Source: Psammoneis japonica (Eukaryota). From it: a stretch of DNA of 62,566 nt. The DNA is taken from positions 62,001 through 124,566 of the forward strand of contig QPGO01000207.1 in the NCBI GenBank assembly GCA_008632985.1. Direction: 5' to 3'. Shown here piece by piece: positions 13,180 to 25,800 of this stretch; the first letter of the stretch is position 1; each line of letters opens with the position of its first letter. The translations under genes and the position numbers were made by a program. The notes beneath the pieces were generated by a model that saw only the letters and a list, made by a program, of their open reading frames with translations, did no database searches and was not told the DNA's origin.

Positions 13180-14052
13180 ATGATTGGGACTGCGAGTGGA
13201 ACACGCGTAGCTCCGCGTGTGGTTGCTTCTCTTTTGCGGACACAAAACTTGAGAGAAGCAACAGTTGCGCAGTTCAGTGCATCGTTGCGGTCGTTTTCAA
13301 GTCAAGAGGCCATACCGAGTCGATTTGCTGTGGTAGATCACTCTGAAGAATATGAGAATGCAATGAATGGCCGACACGGACAACAGCTGTCTCTCACGCA
13401 GATTGACGGTATCGGGAAGGACGACCCGCCGTTTGATCCTTTTATTGAAGACGAATTGATGGAAGAAGAGCAAGGCGATGACGGTGAAAACGAGGAATCA
13501 ACCGATTCGGGTGCAGAGGGCGGCGAGACTAGTGGTGAGGAATCCTTGGACGTTGCAGATAAAGAGACAGTTGAGGACGACGAGGCGGAGGTTTCGCCAT
13601 TTACAAGTGACGGATCGCTTCGCTGGAAAAAGTCACAGCTTGCAGCGTTCCGAGCAGGTGCTCCGGCCGGTGGACTATTTGCAGTGGTGCAACTTGCAGG
13701 GTCACAGCACAAGGTTACTACCGACGATGTCATTGTTGCCAACAAGATCAAGCCCATTGATACTTTTGCAATTGGTTCCGTACATACACTTGAAGACGTG
13801 TTGTTGGTATCATCGTCTCATTTGACTTTGGTCGGGATGCCAGTGGTGGAGGGCGCCCAAGTTGATGTCATGGTGGAGGAAATTACTCAGGATGCAAAGC
13901 TTGTTGTATTTAAGAATCGGCGAAGGAAAAACTCTAAACGAAAGCATGGATTTCGAAGAGAAGTTACCGTGCTTCGTGTGTTGGATATTCGAATGCCCGA
14001 ATCGTACCAGGATCACACTCATAACAAACGAGCTAGTGTGCAAGAAAGCTGA
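13180..14052 (+). CDS. rpl21: Ribosomal protein bL21, probably mitochondrial, with an acidic N-terminal extension
   Basis: FAVVQLAGSQHKVTTDD and KLVVFKNRRRKNSKRKHGFRREVTVLRV; Arg/Ser/Ala-rich presequence; single exon. Confidence 0.88.
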   Translation: MIGTASGTRVAPRVVASLLRTQNLREATVAQFSASLRSFSSQEAIPSRFAVVDHSEEYENAMNGRHGQQLSLTQIDGIGKDDPPFDPFIEDELMEEEQGDDGENEESTDSGAEGGETSGEESLDVADKETVEDDEAEVSPFTSDGSLRWKKSQLAAFRAGAPAGGLFAVVQLAGSQHKVTTDDVIVANKIKPIDTFAIGSVHTLEDVLLVSSSHLTLVGMPVVEGAQVDVMVEEITQDAKLVVFKNRRRKNSKRKHGFRREVTVLRVLDIRMPESYQDHTHNKRASVQES

Positions 14053-15142
14053 GTTTGTGATTCGCGGTAGTTGAGCAGTGAACTGCCGCCATTCAAGTGC
14101 GGCATGATTTTGCATCTTAAAATCGAAGTTAAGCCCTACGCTTCAGCAATTCTTCGGTGTCTTGATGTTGTGTTTTGTAGTGGCACAATATATTTGGTCT
14201 GCACATCCGTGTTCCAGAGCAATCAGTTGGTAGCTTAGTGCTTCATCAATGCCACTCTCTCTTCAAAGTAAACAATCGCCAAGCATCACATCGCACCGCA
14301 GGGATTCCTTGGCACTTCAGTCGTCAATAAGCTGCGGTGTCAGCCTGTTGTGCACCTGTTGTACAGACGTGTTGGAGAGTCAAGGGTCAGCTCACCACAA
14401 AGCATGGATGCAATTATCTGCCGCTGGCTGACGTGATTCTCAAATGTGATGGTTTCATGGTCCTCCCCTCACCATGCCAGCCAGACACGGTGTTGCCAAA
14501 AAGTGAGCGAGCCACAGGAGATGGCCTTTCTGACATGCACGGTTTGCAATTCCCCATTGCTCACATCAACAGCTGACAATAATTTGTCTGGCTTGCACTG
14601 GCAACATGCCAAGAAACAGAAAGGGGGAGAGAGAGGCAAGGGCTGAAAAGGAAACACACTCTTTGTGGCCTTCTGTGCGTCGTGCACTCATCCTCTCGTT
14701 GTCCTCCTCATGGGTCTCTTGCTCCCTCCTCTGCGTGTCACCCTCTGCTCTCCCCTTGTTGGTGGGGTGAGAGCACCGTCATCATGCCAAGAGTGCTGGA
14801 GATGGGCTGCAGTGTGTGCACCACATTTTTGTGTGACACCCTTGCAGAGACACAAAAGAGCAGCACACGAAGCTGATGCTGCCATTTCTCCAGTGTGACA
14901 GTGTGAAGGCCTCACCCATTTTGTCATGCATTGGAAGCATTTCCTGTTCTCTCAAAAGAGGCACTTGCTTGCATTGTTTTCCTTTTGCTTGTGCACCAAG
15001 AATCAAATTGATTTTTTTTAAATTGATGCCAATTGGAAAAAGCCCGTTGCAAGATGTTTTTGATGCCAAAACTGGCATTGGGCCCAAAATTGAACCACCG
15101 CAAAGACTTTTGGAGCTGGCGTGCTGTTTTTGTGGTGCACTC

Positions 15143-15365
15143 CGAGTAAATCTAGCTGCCGAATGGGCTCAGCCACTCACAGTCTTAGTGCGATAACACG
15201 AACACAACCGACAAGATGCTTCTGGGCCTGTTGCAACTACAACGGATGCAACAAGTGAGACCGGTCGATGGTCATGGTCACTTTCCCACCGACACCACGT
15301 CACAGTCCCGCCACTTCAACTCATAGAGCGCACCAGACAGTCTCTGACACATTGGATTTCACTCG
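15143..15365 (-). repeat. 3' LTR of the Copia element (223 bp); PPT GAGGGGAC on the minus strand at 15373-15366
   Basis: Aligns to 21573-21794 with 17 substitutions and 1 indel (hand count). Confidence 0.92.
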
Positions 15366-18300
15366 GTCCCCTCGAAATGCACCTGACTCGTAAGGCACAA
15401 TTCGACCCAATGCTGCATCAGTGATCTAGCTCAAACATCTTGACTCATTGATCGACGTAAAACCCTTGCCAGGGAAAAGCCGCCAATCCTTTGTGCATGG
15501 TGCAAACCCTCACCAGGGAAGAAACTCACCACCGCTTCACGCATCCATCTTAACATGAACTTGTCCAACAGAAAATTTCGCCTGACAGACGACATGACCT
15601 TCGTGAATGGATTGCCAAGGTTTGTCTCTGTTCCCTCCTTTGCAATCCCAACAGTCCCCGCAGCAACAGCTTCGCGGTTGCGGTGACACGCAATGGAGTG
15701 ATGCTTCTTCTTGAGTGTAGACTCAGGAACAGAGCAATTCTTGTGGACGGCCTCATTGTCACAGAAGACATTTGTTGGCCCTTCGATCGGTGCTCCAAAC
15801 ATTCGAAGCTTGTGTCGCAGACTCTCTGCGAGCTCGATGGCATTCTTGAGTGGAACGATCTCTGCTTCAAATGTGCTGGCCTCCATGGCATTCTGATGCT
15901 TCGAGTGCCACACAATGGGTGCCCGGTTGATGAACATCAAGATGCCTGTGTGGCTGCGGTGATCGGCAACATTTCCGGCATGGTTGGCATCCACAAAACA
16001 ATGTGTCGACACTGCATCACCTCAAGCTGGCGGTGCATTTGTCGGAATGGCTTCTCTTGCATCTCGGCAGAAGTCGCGCCAGTCGCACTTCATGAATCGT
16101 GATTCATCGATCTTGGGATGAGCCGGATTGAATGCCACTTGGCGCTTTGGGACCTGTTTGAGGCACGCAAAGACATGCAACACCTGTTCCAGATGACCAA
16201 TGCGAGGGAGAGCGAGGTGAGCAGACATCAACGAAACCTCCAAATGGATGTCCACTCCACCGATTTCCACCGCCCAAACCAGCACACCAATCAGCTCTTG
16301 ATGATGGTGAAGTCCTTCAGCGTCCAACTCGCCAGCAGCATCTAACTCGGGTTTGCATCCACTGCTCAATGGGGTTGTCGCCTTGCCAGGCAGACATTTC
16401 CCCTCCTTGCCAAGCCTGTCCTCTACATTTTGGACAGCGGACTTGCAGCACTTCTCCGCAGACATTGCCCAACAGGCAGTCCCATCGGCTAAAGTCATCT
16501 TGGAAAGCGCAGCACCGAGAAAGGAATCCGGCTCGGCTGCCTCATCACCCTTGAGCTTGAACTTGGACCTGATGCCATCCATCGTCTTCATGGGTTCGTG
16601 GCCAATCGACAGCACGTCGTCCACGTAAACTAGAACGCACTCGCAGCACTCGAATCCGTCGGGTTTCACCGCAGGTCTCATCCATGCATCCGGATCAGCC
16701 TTGCTCGGTTTGCACCCTAGATCATAAAGCGTCTCCGCTGGAAAAGCCCTGAACGCTGCTCCGGAGCTCTTCAATCCGTGTGGGGCCCTGACCACAATCA
16801 TGATGCAACCTTCATCTTCGCCAAACTCGGACCCTGCTCTGGCCCAAATCTTCTCCCTGCAAGGGGCAGTGAGGTGGGCGTTCTGGATGTCACACGCAGC
16901 AAAGACTTGCAAGTCATTGAGCGCAGCAAGCGTCAGCGCAATTCTTGCCGAATCCCGAGAGACGACAGAGGAGCAAGTGATGTGTGCGGGGGTTTCAGTG
17001 GTGTGGCCTCCAGCCACCATGCGAGCTTTGCGGCGGAAGTTTTCTCCCAACTTGACATCAAAAATCATGTGGCACTTCACTTCCTGGAAAACAGGCACCA
17101 TGTCCTTAAGCTCCCCTTCACACTTGTCAAAAGCAACCCGCACGTTCTTCATCTCCATACAAATGGCGTCCCACCACAGTGTGTTGCCATTTGTGCAATC
17201 GATCTGGATCGCCTCCTTGACACTCTTCGGGATCCGCATGCCAAATTTGTGTGTTCGTAGCCAGCACTTCGACTTGACCTTCGCAATGGAATGCTTGCGG
17301 GTTTTCATGACATGAGGAACCCACCAAGCAAACGCTGCCTCACCCGAGATCTTGCGCTGAATGGCGAACTCGGCAACTTGGACTGGGAAGCTCTCCTTCG
17401 CAATCTTCAAGTCGATCCAAGTCGTATTTCCATCCTTCCATTGGAACAAAAGTTCCCATCCTTTGGCAGTCTTGCGCCTCTTCCGAACGCCTCGCTCGGT
17501 CTCAAAGAATTCGGATTCAGGAACGTCCCCGTTGGTGCGGCAATCAACGATCTCATCGAATAAGACGTGCCGGTTTCCGTCCTCGTCGATCTGAGCAAAC
17601 ATGTTCATGGCAATGGAGTTAGCAGAGAGCACAGCATGGTGCCCATCAGGGCACTCTACCTCATACATCCTTGTGTCAAGGATGGGATTGTCATTGGCTG
17701 TTCCTGTCGGAACACCACTGGCATCTCTCAACCTCTTCGTGACACGAGCAAACTCAGGACCATTGTCATCTCGTGGAAGCGCAACCTCCATGTTAATGCA
17801 TCCCCAGTCCGCCGCCTCCGGTGAGGCTTCCTCGTCTTTCTTGTCGTCGTCGTCATTTGCTGCCTCCTCTGAGGATGTGACACGATCACACTCATCGAGG
17901 AATTCATCGTCGTATCCAAGGCAGTCTTTCCAGTCTTCGGGACTGATCTTACGATCCTCGTCATCGGGGAAATCTTGCTCCTTCAACCGTCGCTTGATCT
18001 CCTCGTCAAAACTGTCGAACTCTGCCTTTTTCTCTTGAGTAGCGGCTTCCAAATTGGTGACTCGTTGGACGGAAGTTCTCGAAATAACACTGCCTGTCTG
18101 TGTCAGAACATAATGCGACATGAGACTCCCTGTTCTGTGAGACACACCAAGCCACCTACCAAGCTTCTCGTCCCCTGGACCAGCATTCTCCCTGTGCCAG
18201 ACCCAATCGTAAAATCCAAAGTTGAGGTGCTCCGAGATGTCCACGGTCTCTCCGAGAACGTTCTCCAGTGGCACTCCTGCATCCAAATGATGTGCTCAAA

Positions 18301-21300
18301 GGAACGTGCGAGACATGGTCTCACATGTCCACGTAAATCCGCAGTCCCACAGTCGCCGCGGCACTTGCTTCTTGACCATGACACGGAACCACTTACGTCT
18401 GACCTCGCGTGCAACTCCTTCTGCAGGATTCTGGTTGTGTCGATCAGGTTCGATGACATGACAATCTATGCCCTCCTTGCGCACGGTCTTCATGAACTCC
18501 GTGCCAGGTTTTGTTTGCTCCTTAGATCCGTCCAACAGGAGTTTCTCTGGCACGCCAAATTCCTGGCAAAACGTCTTGAGAGCCTCGCCAGCCTTACTCT
18601 TCTTGTCCATGGGATAGATTGCAGCGAAGTGTTGCTTGTTTGTAAAGATCTGGGCATGTCGATTGCCCTCCAGCGAAACCACCTTGCCGTCTGCCGTGTC
18701 GGTTGCCCATTCACCCCGTAACCTGGGCTTTGTGAACATCCGATCGGCCCGACAGCGCCGACCCACAGGCATCAACGCTGACCTGATGAGCTTTTGTGCA
18801 GTCTTCTTGAGCGTGCTTGCTGCTTGCTTGAGTCCCATGCACCATCGTTCACTCAAGTCAGCAGCCGATGCGTCACTGTGTCTCTCCTTAGACACGAACG
18901 TCTTCGGGAGTGCTGAGTCTTCAGGTCCTTCGCCGATTGTTTCCGTGGCGGAGATCTGGACTGTTGGCTCCATTTCCACATTAACGGCAGCTGTGAGCCT
19001 TGATTGGACTTGATCAACTCCATGAATGAATCGCTCATCGCAACAGTCCCCGGATTGAGGGTTGCTGTGGGCAGGATCAGCTTTGAACTTGTGTGTTAGA
19101 TTGGTGTGGATCGTCGCAATTGACCGAACTAGCTCCATTTCCTCCTCCGCAGATCGTCGAGTTCCAACAGATTTGAACTTGACGGTCTGTGGATCCCAAG
19201 GTTGTTGGGAGGTCATCTGGATCTTGGGGCATTCGTGCAATTCCTGCTCTGCAGGAGTGCGAGTTGCCGCAACGACATTGGTCCCCACAGCTTCAAGCGG
19301 CATCATGAAAGATCCATCCTCAGCAAGGACACACAGTGGCGAATCGGAGCAGGGGTTGTCCTGAACCTTAACACCAAAGTGCCGCAGCTGGTTTGGGTTA
19401 ACCAGCGAGTGCTCCATGGACTCCGGCATCCATGAGCCCTCGTGGAAGACCAGAACAAAAGTTGCTCCCGATGTCGGTGAAGTCCACGCTGTGGCTGCCA
19501 AGACAATTGGGACACTCTTGATGGACTCGCATCCCTCGTTAAAAGGCGATGCGTCACATTCTCGTCCAGAACAACCCAAGAGGGTAAAGTTTTGACCAAA
19601 AACAGTGGTGTCAGCATGCGAATCCATTTCAAGACGCCCATGCTGTACCTTGCTCATGTCACGGATGTGGGTGATTCGTGTGGTGTCAGACCGCGTTGCC
19701 GAGACACGTCTCGTCGAGGTAACAACCTCACAGATGCGTTTGACACAGGCACGTGGATGCTGCTCCTTTGATCGATGCGGCTGTCCCCCGCCCCATTGCA
19801 GCAACCACAACAAGAAGTTTGTGATGCAACCAAGCAGGGTCCAGCTTGGCAGTCATTTCTGCTTTCCTCGGCGCTTTTCGCTGCGACCACCGAATGCGTC
19901 TCCGGCATTGTCTCCGTCTCTGCCGCCAGCCCTTGATTCATCATCGCCAGAATCGGCACTGACATTGGTGTTCAGGGCAGAGATTTTGCAGTTCGCTTCT
20001 TTAAGCTGCGACGACAGCTTCCGATTCTTCTTCTTGAGCGACTTGACGGATGCAGCACGGCGTTTGGTTGGTTTGGGTTGTTTGGCGACACCTGGATGCA
20101 CGCGCTCGTTGACAACCTTCTGTTTGTCCTCCTTGCTCAACTGGTGCCAGTTTTTGTGGCATCCAGTGTCAATGGATCCATCCTCATTTGTAAATGGCAC
20201 CACCCTCTCTTCCTCCTCCAGAGGCAACTGCGGCAATCGCACGACGATGCGCAATCGTCTCTGGAAGGGTGGCGACTTTGGCGGCAAGATGATTGGCCGC
20301 CGTGGTGAACGTGATGCCTCCTCCAAACTCATTCTGCGCCTTCAAGGTTTCAACTGCTGCTTGTAGTGATTGGTGCTGCGTCTTCTCAAAAAGGATCCGC
20401 AACTTCTGGGCCTCCGTTTTCGGTTCGTCGTTCTCGTCAAAAATGTTGAACATTTCTTGGAGCTTGTTTGCAAACGACTCAAACGGCACAGCGCGTTCAC
20501 TCTTGTAATGAAGGGCATTCTCCATGCGCTCGGCTTCAGAGACACGGCGGGAGGTGTTGCCTTCTCCCTGGCAATGGTCGCACAACGCCCTAAAGTCAAC
20601 TCGTCCGTTCTGTTCATTCTTGTGGTCCTTCAACCATTGCTCACTGGGTGTGCCCGTGGTTAGGGACTCGATGAGTAGATGAACCGTACGAGCGTCAGCC
20701 TCGAAAGCTGGGCCTTGGAGGGGTGCACATGCAATGCACTTCTGGACGAAAGTGTTGTGGCCTTGAGGTTCGGGTGCATCGTTTTGACGAATGCAACACA
20801 CTGACGGTACGCCAGAAACTCCCAGCACAATGCCAAGCATGTTCGTCAAACCGGTGCTCCACTTGACCCAATCCTTTTCGCTCTCTAACATTCCGGGCGA
20901 CGCCTCTTTACCAAGAGAGTCAGCAGCAGCCTTGGTCTGGGAGCGGATCTCGGCGCGACTAAGTGCCGTCTGGAGAGCAGCACGGAAAGTGGCTTGATCA
21001 AGCCCATCCAGAGTGGGGGTTCTCGCTCACGCGACCAAAGTCCTGAACCCAATGTACAAGAGCTTTGAGTCGACGACTGCGGGCCAAACCAAAATGAATG
21101 CGCCCTTCAGCAACCGTCCTCCTGGCGTACAAAGACGCAAGAGAATCGACATCCTCTTCCTTGAGGTCTTCTAAATCGTCAAAAGACGCAAAGTCCGCCA
21201 TGAGCGGGACTCGTTGAGCTGGATCAACAAATCCGATCCATTCGAGCGCTGTCTCGACAGGATCCGGAGGAGCAGCCGCCATGGTGGCACCTGTGCCAGT

Positions 21301-21572
21301 GGGAAAACAGAGTTATGTGAGAAATCATAAATTCAAAAGGATGTCTCAGTTTGTGTTGACGATGACACACAGCCATTAGAAGCATGGAGACTGGCCATGT
21401 CTCCTCACTGCTCGTGCATTCACTGATGCCAGGCGATGACAATCATCGTGCACCCTTCCATCGACCGGCATTCGTCGCCACAACCCTGCCACAATGGCAC
21501 GACCGTCTCTTTGCAGTTGTTCAACGCTTTTCGTCAAACTAAACTTGAGTCAACGACTTGGCTCTGATGAAG

Positions 21573-21794
21573 CGAGTAAATCTAGCTGCCGAACAGGCTC
21601 AGCCACTCACAGTCTTAGTGCGACAACGCGAATGCAACCGACAAGATGCTTCCAGGCCTGTTGCAACTACAACGGATGCAACAAGTGAGACCGATCGATG
21701 GTCATGGTACTTTCCCACCGACACCATGTCACAGTCCCACCACTTCAACTTGTAGAGCGCACTAGACAGTCTCTGATGCATCGGATTTCACTCG
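21573..21794 (-). repeat. 5' LTR of the Copia element (222 bp), followed by PBS-like CTTCATCAGAGCCA (21572-21559)
   Basis: Direct repeat of 15143-15365. The adjacent ATCAGAGCCA matches the tRNA-iMet PBS consensus TGGTATCAGAGCCA over 10 nt. Confidence 0.9.
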
Positions 21795-22827
21795 ACTCCC
21801 AGCAATGAGCAGCAACATGATGTGGCACTCATCTGTTGCATGACTGCATTCTTGTTTTCTGTGGGTGCATTCTTGAAGAAAGTGGCAATGCCTGGGCACA
21901 ATCCATGTTTTCCAGAGCAGACAAGTTCACTTGGTTGTCACAACTTGTCATCCAAAAACAAATCTTCATCATTGTTGCAAATGGCAAACTTCCAAGCAAA
22001 ATCATCAACCAGCTTGAAGAAGTCAGAATGACCCCTGAACTCATTCCCTCCAATGCTTTAACCTGCAGCATCATTGTTGGTGGTGTCGGCAGTGACATGG
22101 CCACATTCCTGTTCATCATCATGGCAACACTTTTCTGCCACTGCTTTGCTGCAATTCCAAGTCCAGCATTGTCAAATGGATCACATTCAGAGCTGTCATC
22201 TGAGTCAGAAGATTCCCATGGTCAACTGTCATTTTGCAAAGCAGGAGCTCCACTTGGTGGCACTGCTGCTGTGTGGCAGTGCTTGTTGAGCTGAGGCTGT
22301 GTGTGTGGTTGAGCCAACAGAGTTGGCAATTTGCAATGTGCCAGCTTTGCATTGAGCACATTTCAGCCACTGTTGGTGGCAGAGTTCTTGTTGCTGGCAT
22401 TGTGGCTGCCAGCTTGGTGGCAACTGGCATGCTTTGGTGTGGCCAATTTTGGCACTGTTGTGACTGGGGTGGATCCTTGTGCATCCTGGGTGTTGGTTGC
22501 CATGATGCAATGATGCTGCTTCCTTCATCAAATTGTTTTGTGTTTGTTTGTCATTTGGCAGCATGTGGCAAGACTGCACATCCTTGTCTGTCATCAACAG
22601 CAAAGATGACAGGCTGTCACACATGTTGATTGTGAACTTCCAGTCATTTTTCTTGTGCAGGCAAGAACTGACTGTGGCACCCTTGATCTGCGCTGTGCCA
22701 AAGTGCTCATTGGAGTGTGAGACTCTTGGCGCTCATGCTTCACAAAGAAATTGGTGGAAACAATGAGCTTTTTCTTGGCACGAGAAAACACATTTCTTGA
22801 CTTTTTTGCCAGTGGCAGCTGCACAAC

Positions 22828-25800
22828 AGTCATGAGTCAACAACCAAGTCTGATTCATGGATGATGCTTGCAGTCATGGATCTCAATTTCTAAAAGAAAT
22901 GTCTGTTGAGTCCTCTGGTGACAGCAATTGAAGTGACACTCATGACTGTCAGGTCAAAATGTCATCTCCTGTCAAATGTGAGATCTTCTTGCAATTTGCA
23001 TCTGCAGCACTTCTTGTTGTCTCTTGTTGCAATTGTCGTCCTCTGCACTGCATTGCACAACCTCAAGAGAGGCATCTCCCTCATCATCCACATGTGGTCA
23101 GTTGTGTTCTGAGTGGCTGCAGCCCCAACAATGCACTGGCGTCAACTCATGACAGTGTTGCTTCTGCCCAATTGTCTCCTTTCAGATGACATCCCATCCA
23201 ATGGCAATCTTGTCAATCCCATCCTCTCAACCAATCTTTTGTGTCGAATCCTCATCCAGAATCATGTCTGATCCTAACACTGCTGCTCCTGGAATGGATC
23301 CAGAAAATTTTGAGAAGTTTGCTGAGGCTTTTGCAGCCATGCAAGCATCCAATGCATCTCCACCCATCTCAGCCAATGCCTGTCTGTGGTGGATTGCATC
23401 CCTCTTGTGGTGTGCACCTTGGCGGGTCTCCCTCAGATGACCGCTGCAAGCCAAAAAATGCTCACACCCACCACTTTGTGTCTCAACATTGTCGCTCAAA
23501 GGCTGTTGACTCCATTGAGCAATCCCTCCATGAAAAACTTGCCTCGGCAACTGCTTTGAAGTTCAACGGTCAAATTGAGCTGCCCAGCGGTCCAAGTGCC
23601 AAGCTGGACACAAGAAAGACTTTGTCAAGACCATCCAAGACCTTGTCAAATCACATGGGCAGGAAACCTTCTGCCATCACAAGAAATCTGATGGCAAGAT
23701 TGTGTGACCACTCTCAACTGTCTTCATGACATTGCTGTCAGTGACCTTGAGAAGGAGCACAAGACTCAAAATGCAGCTTCTTCTGGCAACAAGTCAAGGG
23801 CTGTGATGATCATGAGAAAGATGACATTGGTCTCTCTCAACTCCTGGTCAAGTTTCACATCATGGAAATGTTCTACAAGAAGATCAAGGTGAAGTTCAAT
23901 CACATGACGAAGAACTTCAAGGACCTTCCGGGGTCAGTGTTTTGTTCATGATGACCCTGGACACTTGCAATGCAAGTGCCCTTGTAGATGTCAAGTCTGC
24001 CAAGGATGAACTGAAGGTGCTGTTGCTTGAGTCCCACCCAGGCAAGGATTGCACTGAGTGAGCTTGTGACCAATCAAAGCTTTGCATGACATCAAGATTG
24101 TGCAAACAGACTGTGTGCTGCCAGTTGACACAGGCTCTGCTGTTTAACCTGAGGTGTCCAAGACATCATTCGAGCTCTTCAACCATCAGGTGTTCTCTAA
24201 GATGGATGACATCAAGAAGATGGAGCACATGCATCAGCTCAGCAACCTGGCCAAAGTGCCAAACCACCTTGACTGTGCAACCTCAGGCCCTGTTGGTCCC
24301 TTGTTGGCTGCTGGATCACCAAGACCCATGGCAAGTGCATTGGTGATGAAGAATGGCCTGCTTTGGCAGCCAAACTTCCTGAGTTGAACAACACTTCCAT
24401 CAAAGAGAAACATTGTTGTGGATGTGGTGTGGTTGGATGCACCAAGCATGCTCATCTTCCTGTGTGCAAGAAGCAGTGTGCTGCAGCACAGAAAGCAAAG
24501 GCCGACAAGGCCAAGAGCACTGACATGACAGATGCGGACTTGGACAAACTGCCCAAGAAAGCAAAACCTTCCAAGCCTGCCTGGCATTTGTCAACAAAGG
24601 CTCCACCCTCACTCATGGCACACTCTGGAAATGGTGCGACAAGTGTGTCAACAAGGAAGCAGGTGAGACAGGTGTGTGCCAAGGCCATTGGAGTGCCAAA
24701 CATGCCAGCAAACATTCTCCTGCCTCCGATGCTGCTGCTTTGGCAAATCTGTCCACAGCACCAATCCTTCTTCAGGTGTCCCATTTGGTCCTCCTGAGCA
24801 GATGATGGCTCTGCTGATGGATGAGCCCTCAGACCACAATGAACTTGTTTGTTGTGGCATGTGTGGTGTGCTCCTGTCAAAGATTCTCTGGACAGCCCCC
24901 TGTGACTGCTTCAGCATCCTTCACTCCTGCTCCAATGGCCAAGAGAGAGACTGCCATGGCCAAACCTGCTCCAATCTTGGCTGAGATGGTTGACCCCAAA
25001 GACGCTGATGATTTCTGCAAGCACTTCAATGCTTTCTCCTCTTTTTTGACTCAGAACCGTCAGCTGTTGAGTTGTTTCTGGCCTGTGCTCTGCATGAGAT
25101 CAAGCACCACATGTGTTTCATGATGCTGTCTTAAGTCACATGGAAGGACTGTCAGATGGCATGTAAGACAACCTCATTTGCAAATCAAGCAACCTTTCTT
25201 TTGAAAACACATGTGAGAACTCACCTCCTCCCAGCATCCATTGTTGCAGGTTTGACTTCTACGACCCCAAAACCCAAGACACTGTTGATTGTCAAGTCAA
25301 GGAAGCAACCCAAGCTCCTGGCACAAGCTCCTGTGGAACTTTTTCAAGCTCCAATTTTTTGGATGTTTGCATGCTCTGGGAACCATTGACAGTTTCCCAT
25401 CCACTTGGGTGGTGTTGTCCAGGGTGATCATGGTCTGGGCATCTGTCTTCAATGGGCAGGTGCCCATGCATTCTTTCACCAACATCCCCACTCACTTTGC
25501 TTGTCCAGCTTGCAGGTCCACTCAATTGTTCAAGAGCCAGATGACAAGATTGTGTCAGATGCAGGCAGTTTGGTTGAATGCAACAAGGTCAAGGTGCGTC
25601 AAGTGCTTGCCGAATGGCGCACCATCCAGATCACTGCTTGAGCAAGAAATTTGTGCAGCTCTGGGAGGACAAACACTGTCCATCTAAGGACTCTTGTGTC
25701 CCTCCTGCTCTTAAACTCTGAGTCCTTCTTTGACACCTGCAGAACAGAAGAAGCCCTTGGTCCATTGCCAGCTGAGCCAAGCTGCTGCTTTGATGCTGTC

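Larger units (their letters stand above)
15143..21794 (-). mobile_element. Full-length Ty1/Copia LTR retrotransposon (diatom CoDi-like), inactivated by point mutations
   Basis: Gag at 21282-~19850; protease LEMDSHADT (~19630); integrase (EWATDT, LLDGSKEQ, HNQNPAEG); RT HMIFDVK..RKARMVAGGH, GLKSSGA, LVYVDD; RNase H CFVDANHAG, CDNEAV. Domain order is PR-IN-RT-RH, with paired LTRs, a PBS-like site and a PPT. Confidence 0.95.

Noticed and set aside
7916..14052. Bacterial contamination or an operon (clpB, rpl21)
   Set aside because: Spliceosomal introns and organelle-targeting presequences indicate nuclear genes.
16022..19813. Alternative genetic code or ADAR-type editing of retro-RNA
   Set aside because: Neighbouring genes use Tyr normally, both TGY and CAY outcomes occur in one ORF, the two LTRs differ from each other, and non-retro flanks are affected.
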